A stretch of DNA of 64,000 bases from Thermodesulfobacteriota bacterium (GCA_963675595.2 CAXXLZ010000002.1:3936001-4000000), one strand, 5' to 3'. Positions 1 through 10,112 are shown, numbered from the stretch's first letter. Notes: generated by a model from the letters alone, not told the origin. Numbers and translations: made by a program.

Positions 1-331
1 CTCAAAAGTGGCTGAATGTCCCTGTAGTGAGAAAGTCTTTTCTTGTACCTCATGGATGAATCGTTTCTTTTCCCGCCTTAAAATGACGGGTACTACCTAT
101 TGATATCCTTTTCAAATCAGGCGAAAATAGATCATTTGGGTGGAATTTTCGGTGATGACGGCCTTGGGTCGGCCTTCGGCGTGCTCCGTCCATGATCATG
201 AAATGCTCGGGCTCAGACGGCGAGAGTTCCGAGTCACGGGCTGATCCGTATCTTCCGTTCATCGACCATTTCTTCGCGGGCCACTTGCATAACGGTTCCA
301 CTTTCGCCGGCCGGCGGCGATTCGGGAGCGC

Positions 332-1474
332 ATGTACGTCTTTCGGGATTTCAAGAGTTTCGCGCATGCGGAAGCTGATTTGGTACGTCCGCTGACGCTG
401 ATAACGGGGCCCACGGGTTGCGGGAAGACCAACTTGGTGGAAGGTCTGGAGCTCGCCTCTTTCTTGGCGAGAGGAATCTGCTTTGATGACCTTCTCAGGA
501 GCCGGGGACCCGGCATTCGTGGGGGGATTGCGTGCTGTCCTCGGGGAGAAGGTCACTCTTTCACCATAGGTTACGAGGGCCGGTTTCATTTTTTGGGATC
601 GCGGCGACGTTTTCGTTACCGGATTACGCCGGTGTGCGGATCCGGATTGGACATCGCCGAGGAACGACTCGAATTGGAGGACGGCACCCTGTTCTTTCAA
701 ACGTTACCTCAGGAACAGGGTGATTCTGCCGATGAAATGATAGTAAGATGTAATACATTCGGCAAAGACCGTTTCGGTCTCCGGATTTCCGTTTGCCGGA
801 ACCGCTCCTTCCTATCCCGGTTTCCGCATTGTCGTTTTGAAGTGAAACCTCATCCCGACTGCTACTCGGTGGTGGACGGCTTGCTCCGAAAGTTTTTGCC
901 GGTGTACCGGTTTGATCCACAACCTCACTCCATGAGGGAGTACGTGCGTATCGGGGATCGATCACTAAATTTGGACGGATCGAACCTTGCCTCGCTGCTG
1001 TTTTCCATGAGTCGAGATACGCAAGAGAAACAGGACGCCGTTCGGAGGATTTTCCGGAATGCCAATGAGCTCCTGGGCGAAATCTACGAGACTTTGGACT
1101 TCGTTGCGACTCCCCTGAAGGATGTCCTGTTCATGGTGTACGAGAAGTATGGAGAGTCTTGGTTGGACATGCGCCTTCTTTCCGACGGGACGCTTCGAAT
1201 TTTGGCTCTCTTGGCCTCTCTCGAAACCGTTCCGCCGGGCGCTTGCCTGGTGTGGGACGCCTTTGATCGCTTCTTGCCCGTGGATGTGGCCGTTTCTCTT
1301 CTGGATCGGGCAAGGGGAGTCGCGGCGGACCGTTCGATCGGGATCGTTGCCACAACGGGCCGCGAGGAGACGGCAGATGAGATTGTCGGTCGGTCGGGGT
1401 TTCACGTGCTGTCCTGCAGACGTGGGAGCCAAGGAATGAGTGAGCTTAAGGACCGGAAGAGGGAAGGTCCTTGA
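332..1474 (+). CDS. AAA_21/SMC-ABC-like predicted ATPase, apparently catalytically degenerate
   Basis: N-terminal FKSF motif, Walker A GPTGCGKT, DGSNLA motif, signature LSDGTLR. Walker B region reads LVWDAFD and the H-loop reads ATTG. Confidence 0.75.
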   Translation: MYVFRDFKSFAHAEADLVRPLTLITGPTGCGKTNLVEGLELASFLARGICFDDLLRSRGPGIRGGIACCPRGEGHSFTIGYEGRFHFLGSRRRFRYRITPVCGSGLDIAEERLELEDGTLFFQTLPQEQGDSADEMIVRCNTFGKDRFGLRISVCRNRSFLSRFPHCRFEVKPHPDCYSVVDGLLRKFLPVYRFDPQPHSMREYVRIGDRSLNLDGSNLASLLFSMSRDTQEKQDAVRRIFRNANELLGEIYETLDFVATPLKDVLFMVYEKYGESWLDMRLLSDGTLRILALLASLETVPPGACLVWDAFDRFLPVDVAVSLLDRARGVAADRSIGIVATTGREETADEIVGRSGFHVLSCRRGSQGMSELKDRKREGP

Positions 1475-1529
1475 TTTCCGTACCTTGATTTTCGTGTTTT
1501 TGGCACCGCCGGATTCGAGGAGGAAGTTC

Positions 1530-2603
1530 ATGGAGAGACTGCCCATCGAGGAACTTCAGCCGGGCATGTACGTCAATGGAGTGGACGGCCTTCCCGGTCT
1601 GGTGGTGCGGCCTGGAAAGGTCGACAAGAACGACATCGAACGTCTTTGCTCAAAGGGAGTGCGGACCGTCTACGTGGTCCGATCCTACGAAGTGGACCTG
1701 GAATCCTTTTCGGACGAGATCAAGGCGTCCGGGAAGGCCATGAACAAGGTGAAAGCGGCGTTTTCAGGAGTGGCCCACACCTTGAAGATCAATAATCATG
1801 TGCCCATGGAAAAGGTCGGCGAAATGTGCGATCTCCTTCTGGACGAGGTGGAGACGCGCTCCGAAATTGTCCTGAACACCTTACGCCTCAGAGACAAAGA
1901 CAACTACACGTATGAGCATTCCGTTCGGGTGGGGGTTTATTCCATCATTATGGCCAGGATCCTGGGCATGAATCGAGCCGAACAGGCGGATTTCGGCACG
2001 GCGGGATTGCTCCACGACATCGGCAAGCTCGTGATCCCCAAGAGGCTGATTAAGAAGAAAGGGAGTCTTTCCCCACAAGAGTTCGAGGTCATGCGGTTGC
2101 ACCCCGCAGCCGCTGAAGAACTCCTGTCCCGTACACCGCACATCACCAAGAAGATCGTGGACGGGGTGGCGCAACACCATGAAAGAATGGACGGCAACGG
2201 CTATCCCAAAGGGCTGCGGGGAGACCGAATCAGCCTCTTGGGCAAGTGCCTCGGAATCGTGGATACCTACGACGCCATGACCAGCGACCGGCCGTACCGC
2301 AGAGCCAAGACATCCTGGTCGGCCTTTTCGGAAATGCGGACGCACTATCTCCACGCTTACGACCCGGAACTTATGGACCGGTTCATCAAAGAAGTGGGCA
2401 TCTTCGCGCCGGGTACCTACGTCAAACTGGCGGACGGACAAAGCGCCACCGTGGTGGGCAATAACCGGAACGCCCTGCTCAAGCCCTGGGTCATCACCTA
2501 CGGCGTCGACTACAACCCGGACAGCATCGTCAACTTGGCCGAAACGGAGGTCAAAATCGAGGAGGTGCTTCAGCCGGAACAGCTGATTCCCGGCCTCTGC
2601 TGA
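1530..2603 (+). CDS. HD-GYP cyclic dinucleotide phosphodiesterase with DUF3391-like N-terminus
   Basis: ATG at 1530 after GAGGAGG. LQPGMYV N-terminal motif; HSVRV, LLHDIGK, HHERMDGNGYP and DTYDAMTSDRPYR motifs. Confidence 0.92.
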   Translation: MERLPIEELQPGMYVNGVDGLPGLVVRPGKVDKNDIERLCSKGVRTVYVVRSYEVDLESFSDEIKASGKAMNKVKAAFSGVAHTLKINNHVPMEKVGEMCDLLLDEVETRSEIVLNTLRLRDKDNYTYEHSVRVGVYSIIMARILGMNRAEQADFGTAGLLHDIGKLVIPKRLIKKKGSLSPQEFEVMRLHPAAAEELLSRTPHITKKIVDGVAQHHERMDGNGYPKGLRGDRISLLGKCLGIVDTYDAMTSDRPYRRAKTSWSAFSEMRTHYLHAYDPELMDRFIKEVGIFAPGTYVKLADGQSATVVGNNRNALLKPWVITYGVDYNPDSIVNLAETEVKIEEVLQPEQLIPGLC

Positions 2604-2843
2604 ATCCATCTCGCGAGTCAACGACAGTTCGAGCGCATTCCTCCAGTGCGATATATTCGCAGGGATTCTCTGGAGTTCCCCACGCGATTCCGGCATAATA
2701 CATTCCATCGGTTTTTCTCCGAATAGAGCTTGGCGGAGTTCCTCTAGGCTTCACCGATCCGGCGTGTCGGCCCTCTTTACCGAAGGTTTTAGAGCCCCAT
2801 CGGTTTTTGTCCCGAAACCCCCACAGCCTCACCCCTGGGAACC

Positions 2844-4391
2844 ATGAAACTCAAATACTACCTGCTTCGCAACGCCATGGGGTTCGGCAATTTCACCGCC
2901 AATTTGGTCGGCTGGGCCGCCGTGGAGATTCTTTCCCGATCCTGGCTACCGGAAGCCTTCTTTCATGCGGGCGAAACCCGGCGGATGTTGGCCATTCTGT
3001 TCCCGCCGGCAGCCTTTTTCTTTGCCTCTCTGGCCAACGTCGCCTACGAGCTTCCTTTTCGTTCCTGCTTTCGGGCGATCACCGAGGGCAAGGCGGTCTC
3101 TCCACAACTCCTGCAGCGAGCACGCCGCAGGACGCTCAACCAGCCCTATTTTGCGGCGGGACTGGACTTCGCAATCTGGCTCGTGGCCGGTATTTCTTTC
3201 GGTCTGGTAGTGCATCGTTCATCGGAAATTGGTTACCTGGCTTTGGCCAGTTTTCTGCAACCCGTGGTCACGGGACTGCTCACCGCGATCCTGGCGTTCT
3301 TTTTTATTGAACACGTTATTCAGCATCGGCTAGCTCCCATCCTTTTCCCCAACGGAGCCCTGCATGCCGTCCGAGGCACGCTTCGCATCCGCATCGGCAC
3401 GAGAACGGCTGCTTTGGTGTTTGCCACGAGTCTGGTTCCCCTTTGCGCCATACTGTTGACCATCTATGGATTTTCTCGGATAACGGCCAAGGGCGTGTGG
3501 CCGCCGGCAGTCGTCTTTCAGAAACTCCAGGTGGCCATTGTTGTGGAGACTATCGGCTTCATCTTGTTCGCGGTCTGTTCCGCGTTTTTTGTGGCCGTGA
3601 ACCAAGTCCGCGCGCTGGGTGAAATGACGCGTGTTCTCAAGCGGGTGAGCCGGGGCGATTTCGGGCAGCGTGTGCAAGTGGTTTCCAACGACGAAATTGG
3701 CTACGTGGGAGACGTAATCAACGAGATGGCGGAAGGGCTCGAAGAACGTGAATTCATCAAAGATACTTTCGGAAAGTACGTAACGCGGGAGGTACGGGAC
3801 GAAATTCTCGAGGGGCGCATTCCTCTGGACGGCGAAACCAAAGAAGTCACTTTGCTGTTTGCGGATCTCCGGGAATTCACCCGTATGGTGGAAACCACGA
3901 TTCCGAAAGCCGTGGTGAAAGTGATCAACCGCTATTTCGCCGAGATGTCCTCGGCCATTCGGGATCACGGTGGTTTGGTGCTTCAGTTCATCGGCGACGA
4001 GATCGAGGCCGTTTTTGGAGCACCACTGGCTCTGGTCGACCATCCTCAAGCCGCGGTGCGGGCGGCTCTTGAGATGCGAGAGCGCCTCGTGAAGCTGAAC
4101 GAGGAATTGGAGGCGTGGGGCGGTCCCGTGTTGAGGCACGGTATCGGCGTGCACACGGGGAGCGTGTTGGCGGCGAATATCGGAAGTCCGGACCGCCTGT
4201 CCTATGCCATGGTGGGAGACACGGTGAACTTGGCGTCACGGATTCAGGAACTGAATAAGAACTTTGGAACGGATATTCTCATCAGTGTGGCGACGTTCGA
4301 GCGGTTGGACGGGAGCGTGCACGCGGGAAAGCTCCCGGAGGCCAAGGTAAAGGGAAAGACCGCTCCGGTGGAGGTGTTTCAGGTTTTCTGA
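2844..4391 (+). CDS. Membrane-bound class III adenylate/guanylate cyclase with HAMP domain
   Basis: About 6 hydrophobic segments, HAMP (GDF...SNDEIG...INEM), cyclase motifs FADLREFT, FIGD, GIGVHTG, GDTVNLASR, VKGK. Confidence 0.92.
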   Translation: MKLKYYLLRNAMGFGNFTANLVGWAAVEILSRSWLPEAFFHAGETRRMLAILFPPAAFFFASLANVAYELPFRSCFRAITEGKAVSPQLLQRARRRTLNQPYFAAGLDFAIWLVAGISFGLVVHRSSEIGYLALASFLQPVVTGLLTAILAFFFIEHVIQHRLAPILFPNGALHAVRGTLRIRIGTRTAALVFATSLVPLCAILLTIYGFSRITAKGVWPPAVVFQKLQVAIVVETIGFILFAVCSAFFVAVNQVRALGEMTRVLKRVSRGDFGQRVQVVSNDEIGYVGDVINEMAEGLEEREFIKDTFGKYVTREVRDEILEGRIPLDGETKEVTLLFADLREFTRMVETTIPKAVVKVINRYFAEMSSAIRDHGGLVLQFIGDEIEAVFGAPLALVDHPQAAVRAALEMRERLVKLNEELEAWGGPVLRHGIGVHTGSVLAANIGSPDRLSYAMVGDTVNLASRIQELNKNFGTDILISVATFERLDGSVHAGKLPEAKVKGKTAPVEVFQVF

Positions 4392-4428
4392 CACGTAGGC
4401 GTTCCCGCGATCGGCGGACTGATTCCAC

Positions 4429-4456
4429 TTGACGTGCGGAGGCGGTTCTTCATAAT
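4429..4456 (+). promoter_or_regulatory. Candidate sigma70 promoter of the ketosynthase operon
   Basis: TTGACG (4429-4434), 16-nt spacer, CATAAT (4451-4456). Confidence 0.55.
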
Positions 4457-4627
4457 GGAGTTATGGGGCTATGGAAGGGTTTGCGTTTGAACGATCGGAC
4501 GGAAAAGTGAATCGGCTCCCGCGCCACGCCCTCGTCACCCCCCAGTAAAGCATCCGAAACGATATCCGATAAAGAGGATCGATTCTGTGGACGACCTTGA
4601 GCGGGCGAGGCGTCCGGGAGGAGAAGA

Positions 4628-5872
4628 ATGCTGCAAGCCGCGCGAGACGGCGGTCGTCGTGTCGTGATTACCGGAATGGGCGTGGTTTCTTGTCTGGGCG
4701 CGACTCTCGATGAAGTGACCCGAGCTCTTCAGGAAGGCAAATCGGGAATCGCCGTGGTGCCGGAACGCATCGAATTGGGCTTTCGCTCTCCTTTATCCGG
4801 TGTTCTGCCTCCTTTCAGCATCAAGGATCGGCTAAAAAGAAAAGATCGAAAAGGGTTGAGCGAGGCGGCTTCCTACGCAATGGTCGCTGCGCTTGACGGG
4901 CTCGACGGTTTCGGAGACGCGAGCCTGTTGGATAGCGAGAGGGCGGGAATCCTCATCGGCAACGATTCCTCTTCCGATCAATCGATTTATACTTTGGACA
5001 CGGTACGGACGGAGAAGCGAACCGGCACGTTGGGCGCCGGTCTGGTGCTCAAGTCCATGAACTCGAGTCCGACCATCAACATGACGCCCTTCTTCAAGAT
5101 CAAAGGCCTGAGCCTGACCATCAGTGCGGCTTGTGCCAGCGGAGCACACGCAACGGGCCTGGCGTACATGCTCATCAAGTCGGGATTTCTTGATCTGGCG
5201 CTTGCCGGCGGATGCCAGGAATTGAACTGGCAGTCCATGGCCTCCTTTGACGCCTTGATGACTTTCTCAACCCGTATTTCCGAACCGGAAAAGGCTTCCC
5301 GTCCCTTCGACGCGGATCGGGACGGATTGGTCCCCAGCGGAGGAGGAGCCGCACTCTACGTCGAGGAATTGGAGCACGCTCGTCGGAGGGGAGCGGATAT
5401 CTTGGCTGAAATCGTGGGCTACGGCTTCACCGCGGACGGCACTCATCCGACCAATCCGGACGGCTTCGGGGCGGAGCGCTGCATACGCTTGGCTCTTGAT
5501 CACGCACGGATGGATCCGGAAGAGGTGGATTACATCAATGGTCATGCCACGGGGACTTACGTGGGAGACCGTGCTGAGGCACAGGCCATCCACGCGGTAT
5601 TTAAGAACCACGACACCCCGGTAAGTTCCACGAAATCCATGACGGGTCATGAGTGTTGGATGGCCGGAGCGAGCGAACTGATCTACTGCATCTTGATGAT
5701 GCGACACGGTTTCATGGCTCCCAACATCAACTTTGAAAGACAGGGCCCCGACGAACCCCCCATCCATGTGATTCCTGAAACACGAGAAAAGCAATTGAAG
5801 ACTGTTTTATCCAATTCGTTCGGCTTCGGCGGCACCAACGCGTGCGTCGTTTTGCGGAGCTTCGAGGGATGA
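4628..5872 (+). CDS. Beta-ketoacyl-ACP synthase (FabB/FabF family)
   Basis: RRVVITGMG, catalytic Cys in SAACASG, His in NGHATGT and KSMTGHECW, C-terminal SNSFGFGGTN. Confidence 0.93.
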   Translation: MLQAARDGGRRVVITGMGVVSCLGATLDEVTRALQEGKSGIAVVPERIELGFRSPLSGVLPPFSIKDRLKRKDRKGLSEAASYAMVAALDGLDGFGDASLLDSERAGILIGNDSSSDQSIYTLDTVRTEKRTGTLGAGLVLKSMNSSPTINMTPFFKIKGLSLTISAACASGAHATGLAYMLIKSGFLDLALAGGCQELNWQSMASFDALMTFSTRISEPEKASRPFDADRDGLVPSGGGAALYVEELEHARRRGADILAEIVGYGFTADGTHPTNPDGFGAERCIRLALDHARMDPEEVDYINGHATGTYVGDRAEAQAIHAVFKNHDTPVSSTKSMTGHECWMAGASELIYCILMMRHGFMAPNINFERQGPDEPPIHVIPETREKQLKTVLSNSFGFGGTNACVVLRSFEG

Positions 5873-5876
5873 CGGA

Positions 5877-7346
5877 GTGACGGCGGGCCAAGCGGTGATC
5901 ATCGGCGCCGGACTGGGTGGATTGTCCTGCGGCGTGTTGCTGGCGGAAGCCGGTTGGCGGGTGACTCTCCTGGAGCAGTTCCGCAAGCCCGGGGGATACA
6001 TGGCCCGGTTCCGTCGAGGTGGCGCGGTCTTCGACACCGGATTTCATTTTGTGGGAAGTCTGGGGCCGGGCGAGGCTTCACGGCCCTACTTCGAGGACTT
6101 GGGAATTCTGGAACGCGTGAAGCTCATCCGCTTCCCTTCCGACCGGTTCTTCAGGTACTTGATTCCCGGGTCCTCGCCCCTGGAACTTCCCAACGGATTG
6201 GACGCGGCTTTCGACGTGCTGAATACCCGCTTTCCCGGCAATACCGCAGGCTTGGATTCCTTCAAATCGCAAGTTCGGGAAACCATGGCCACCTTTCCCT
6301 GGTTCAATTTGGAGCCCGTTCCTTCGGAACAGGTTCATCGGCACATGCGTACTCCCCTCAAGACGATGGTCGATCAAGCCACCGAAGATGCCGGACTAAG
6401 ACGGGTCCTCATGCTCATGTCCTGGGGAACTTCCTTGCGACCCGAGGTATGTCCTTTTGCTCTGGCGGCCATCCTCAACGGTTCCATGATTGCCGGTGCG
6501 TGGCGGATTTCGGGAGGAGGAGAGGCCCTGACCAAGGCTTTGGTGGATCGTTTTCTTGAACTGGGCGGAATCCTCGAATGTTCCGCCGAAGTGACCGGTT
6601 TCAAAATCAACGGGCTGAGGGCCGAGTCGGTACAAACTTCCGACGGCCGTCAATTCGAGGGAGACCTGTTCATCGCGACGCCTCATCCCAAGACGATCCT
6701 GGAAATCGCGGGACCGGAAGCTTTTCGTCCCACCTTCCGCGAAATGGTTCAAGACTTTGAAGACGCCCCCGGAAGTTTTTGTGTGTTCCTGGAGACGGAT
6801 CGATCCCCGGATTCCCTTTGTCGCACCAATAATTTTTTGTTGGGAGAATCTTGGGAAGACACGATTTACCTGTTATCTCCGTCCGCCGTTGAAGGAGCGG
6901 ATAAAGGACACACGCTGCATGCGCTCACCTGGATGGACTTCGACAAAGTGTCTGCGTGGGCCGAGTCGAAGCCGGGGAGCCGCCCCCCGGCGTATCTGGA
7001 ATTCAAAGCCCGTCGGACGGAACGGATTCTGTCCCGAGTCAAGGCCTGCTGTCCGGAAATCCGGGAGGGCATTCGGTATGTGGAGGCCTCGACACCACTG
7101 ACCAATCAGTATTATACCCGGAGCCATGGTGGGGCGGCCATGGGAGTGAGTCAAGGAGTGCATCAACAGGGCGCTCGGAGAATGAGGCCGAGGAACAAAC
7201 TCCGGAATTTGTTTTTCGCCGGTCAGTCGGTGGGCACGCCGGGAATCATAGGAACGCTGATTACTTCCTATATGCTTTGTGACCAGATCTTAGGCGAAGG
7301 TGTGTTGTGGAACAGATTGCGAAAACGGGCGGGGAAAGCCCCATGA
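5877..7346 (+). CDS. FAD-dependent oxidoreductase, phytoene desaturase (CrtI)/retinol saturase-like
   Basis: IIGAGLGGL Rossmann motif, PGGY, FDTGFH, STPLT, NLFFAGQ. Starts 4 nt after the upstream stop. Confidence 0.85.
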   Translation: MTAGQAVIIGAGLGGLSCGVLLAEAGWRVTLLEQFRKPGGYMARFRRGGAVFDTGFHFVGSLGPGEASRPYFEDLGILERVKLIRFPSDRFFRYLIPGSSPLELPNGLDAAFDVLNTRFPGNTAGLDSFKSQVRETMATFPWFNLEPVPSEQVHRHMRTPLKTMVDQATEDAGLRRVLMLMSWGTSLRPEVCPFALAAILNGSMIAGAWRISGGGEALTKALVDRFLELGGILECSAEVTGFKINGLRAESVQTSDGRQFEGDLFIATPHPKTILEIAGPEAFRPTFREMVQDFEDAPGSFCVFLETDRSPDSLCRTNNFLLGESWEDTIYLLSPSAVEGADKGHTLHALTWMDFDKVSAWAESKPGSRPPAYLEFKARRTERILSRVKACCPEIREGIRYVEASTPLTNQYYTRSHGGAAMGVSQGVHQQGARRMRPRNKLRNLFFAGQSVGTPGIIGTLITSYMLCDQILGEGVLWNRLRKRAGKAP

Positions 7347-8611
7347 GAATCCACCTCGTCTATCCGGCCTGGCCCAAAATGCCCCACCAAACTCGGTTCG
7401 ATCTTCCGCCGCACGGTCCCGTGTGTTTCGCCTCGTCCGTTCCCCCGGGAACCGAGATTGTATTCACCGATGAAAACGTGCAACCGCTGGACTTCGAGAC
7501 TGAATCCGACCTGGTGTGTATTTCCATGATGCTCACGTGTCAGGCTCCTCGGGGATGGGAAATCGCCGATGAATTCCGAAGGAGAGGGCGCACGGTGATT
7601 GTGGGGGGCATTGCGGCCATGCTTCACGCCGAGGAATGCGCCATGCATGCCGACAGCGTCTTCGTGGGTGAAGCGGAAGGATTTTTTTCACAGACGATCG
7701 ATGATTTCAAGAATGGGCGGCTTCGGAGATTCTACCGACCGGAAAGTTTCCCGGACGTGACGGAACTTCCCTTCGCCGATCGAAGCATTTTGGACTATGA
7801 CTGTTACACCTACAAAGGTGTACGCATGGTGGATCTGATTCATGGGAGCCGGGGATGCCGTTTCAACTGCTATCCCTGTTGCGTTCCCATGCTCGGCGGA
7901 CGGAAGTTTCGTCCCAGACCGCCCGCGCGGGTGGCCGCGGAGATCGCTTCCGTGGATAATGATCGCTTTTTTCTGGTCGACAATTCCCTTGCACAAGACC
8001 GGGATTGGGTGCTTGCCTTGTTCAAGGCCCTCGCGCCCCTCGACATTCACTGGATATCCCATCCGTTGTTCAACACCGATCAGGTGGTGGAAGCCGCGGC
8101 CGCGGCCGGATGCTGGTATGTTTACCAGGCGGTGTACGATATGAGTGAGAAGACCCGAAACCGGATTCGCAGATTGAAGGATCACGGGATCGGTGTTGAG
8201 GGAACCGTGTTGTTGGGACTGGACGACCAGACGGAAGACGACGTTCTTCGCATGGTGGATTTTCTTCTCGAATTGGACCTGGACTTGGCCGAATTCACGG
8301 TCCTCACTCCTTTCCCACATTCGAAGGCCTATGAGGACCTGGAGCGGGAGGGACGGATCCTGCACAAAGATTGGAGTAGGTACACGGCTTCCGAGGTGGT
8401 GTTTCAGCCCAAACACATGACGCCGGGACGATTGCAGGAACTCCACGATTATGCGTGGGAGGCCTTCTATCGCGACGAGAGTCAGCAGCAGCGCATGTTT
8501 CGGCTGTTCATGAAGCTCATGAAGAAACAAGGCCGGTCGGACGCCGGACGGAGACGCGGTAGACGGTGCGCGGCCTCCAACGGAGTCGCGGGAAGCAACG
8601 GAGAAAGCTGA
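7343..8611 (+). CDS. Cobalamin-binding radical SAM protein
   Basis: ATGA overlap with the upstream stop. B12-binding-like N-terminus (VIVGG, FVGEAE), SRGCRFNCYPC CxxxCxxC motif, LTPFP. Confidence 0.88.
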   Translation: MRIHLVYPAWPKMPHQTRFDLPPHGPVCFASSVPPGTEIVFTDENVQPLDFETESDLVCISMMLTCQAPRGWEIADEFRRRGRTVIVGGIAAMLHAEECAMHADSVFVGEAEGFFSQTIDDFKNGRLRRFYRPESFPDVTELPFADRSILDYDCYTYKGVRMVDLIHGSRGCRFNCYPCCVPMLGGRKFRPRPPARVAAEIASVDNDRFFLVDNSLAQDRDWVLALFKALAPLDIHWISHPLFNTDQVVEAAAAAGCWYVYQAVYDMSEKTRNRIRRLKDHGIGVEGTVLLGLDDQTEDDVLRMVDFLLELDLDLAEFTVLTPFPHSKAYEDLEREGRILHKDWSRYTASEVVFQPKHMTPGRLQELHDYAWEAFYRDESQQQRMFRLFMKLMKKQGRSDAGRRRGRRCAASNGVAGSNGES

Positions 8612-8734
8612 GGAACAAGGCGGAGTTTCACTGGGATGCGGTGTCCAAGGGTGAAATGCGGTCCGTCTTCGGCGGGCGGTTCGTGTTTTTCATGGACCGG
8701 TTGATGTTCCACTCAACCTATTGGGGATGAATTC

Positions 8735-10036
8735 TTGGAAGTGATTACTACGCACACGAGCACGGATTTTGATGCCCTGGCTTCGCTGGTCGCAGCTTCG
8801 ATCATCTACCCCGAAGCCGTTGTGGTGTTGCCCAGGAGCCTGAATCCCAACGTTAAAGCGTTCTTGTCCATTCACAAAGACCTTTTCGATCTGGAAACCG
8901 TTCTTGACATCGACCTGGATTGGGTCACCAAGCTGATTGTGGTGGATACCAACCGTTGGGGTCGTTTGGATAAGATGGACGCCCTGGCGTCCAAGGAAGG
9001 ACTGGTGGTTCACCTTTGGGATCATCATCCCGAAATCGGCGATATTGTGCCTCACTGGTCCTGCCAGGAACTCACCGGCGCGGCGACGACCCTCCTGGTG
9101 CAGCAGCTGGAGGAGGAAAAGAAGGAGCTGCTGTCTCCCATTTTTGCGACGCTCTTCCTGGCGGGGATCTACGAGGACACGGGAAACCTATCCTTTCCCT
9201 CCACCACGGCGGAGGACGCCCGCGCGGCCGCTTACCTGTTGGATCAGCAAGCGGACCTCAACGTGCTCAACAGCTTCCTGCGCCCAACCTACGGACCCAA
9301 ACAGAAAGACATCCTTTTCGAGATGCTCAGGAGCGGCAACCGGACGGTCATTGATGAGCAGCGTATCGGGCTTTCAATGGTGGAAGTAAATGGGCATACG
9401 CCCGGCCTTTCCCTGGTGGTCCAGATGTATCGGGACATCGTCAACGTGGACGCGGCCTTCGGAATCTTCGTTGACCCGAAAAAAGATTCCTGCATGATCA
9501 TCGCACGCAGCGCATCCGACGCCATCAACGTGGCGACCGTGCTCCGAGGTTTGGGAGGCGGGGGGCATCCCGCCGCCGCCTCGGCGTTTCTGAAATCGGC
9601 CAATCCGGAGGCGGTCCAAGACACGATCCTCGGACTCGTCAGAGGAAACCAGCAGTCCTCGATCCAGATCAGCGACCTCATGTCCTTCCCCGTGGTGACC
9701 GTCCCCCCCGATATGACGATGACGGACGTGGCCCAGCTGCTCAACGACACCGGGCATTCCGGCGTGCTCGTGGTCGAAGAGGGGCGACTTGCGGGAGTCA
9801 TTTCCAAGAGGGATTTCAACAGGATCAAAAAGAAGTCCGGATGGAGGTCCCCCGTCAAGGCTTTTATGTCCAGAGACGTGCTTACCATCGATCCGGCGGT
9901 GAGCCCCATCAAGGCGGCGCGGATCATGCTCAAGCACGACATCGGGAGGTTGCCCGTGATGGAGGACGGTCATATCATCGGAATTCTTACCCGATCGGAC
10001 CTGATGATCTTCTTTTACGACCTCTTGCCCGATTGA
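8735..10036 (+). CDS. DHH/DHHA1 phosphoesterase with two C-terminal CBS domains
   Basis: THTSTDFDA, VVDT, WDHH, GIYEDTG, GGGGHPAAAS, then a CBS pair (DLMS.PV, HDIGRLPV, GILTRSD). TTG start. Confidence 0.85.
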   Translation: MEVITTHTSTDFDALASLVAASIIYPEAVVVLPRSLNPNVKAFLSIHKDLFDLETVLDIDLDWVTKLIVVDTNRWGRLDKMDALASKEGLVVHLWDHHPEIGDIVPHWSCQELTGAATTLLVQQLEEEKKELLSPIFATLFLAGIYEDTGNLSFPSTTAEDARAAAYLLDQQADLNVLNSFLRPTYGPKQKDILFEMLRSGNRTVIDEQRIGLSMVEVNGHTPGLSLVVQMYRDIVNVDAAFGIFVDPKKDSCMIIARSASDAINVATVLRGLGGGGHPAAASAFLKSANPEAVQDTILGLVRGNQQSSIQISDLMSFPVVTVPPDMTMTDVAQLLNDTGHSGVLVVEEGRLAGVISKRDFNRIKKKSGWRSPVKAFMSRDVLTIDPAVSPIKAARIMLKHDIGRLPVMEDGHIIGILTRSDLMIFFYDLLPD

Positions 10037-10112
10037 GCCCCGTACGCGGAACCATTCAGGGGGCGCAACCGTTCGGAAAGAGGGGTCCCCATGATGTTCT
10101 TTCCAAGCGCCT

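Noticed and set aside
332-4391. Pycsar/CBASS-like defence island (ATPase + HD + cyclase)
   Set aside because: The cyclase is a TM-HAMP sensor type, there is no cNMP-binding effector, and the HD protein is a standard HD-GYP.
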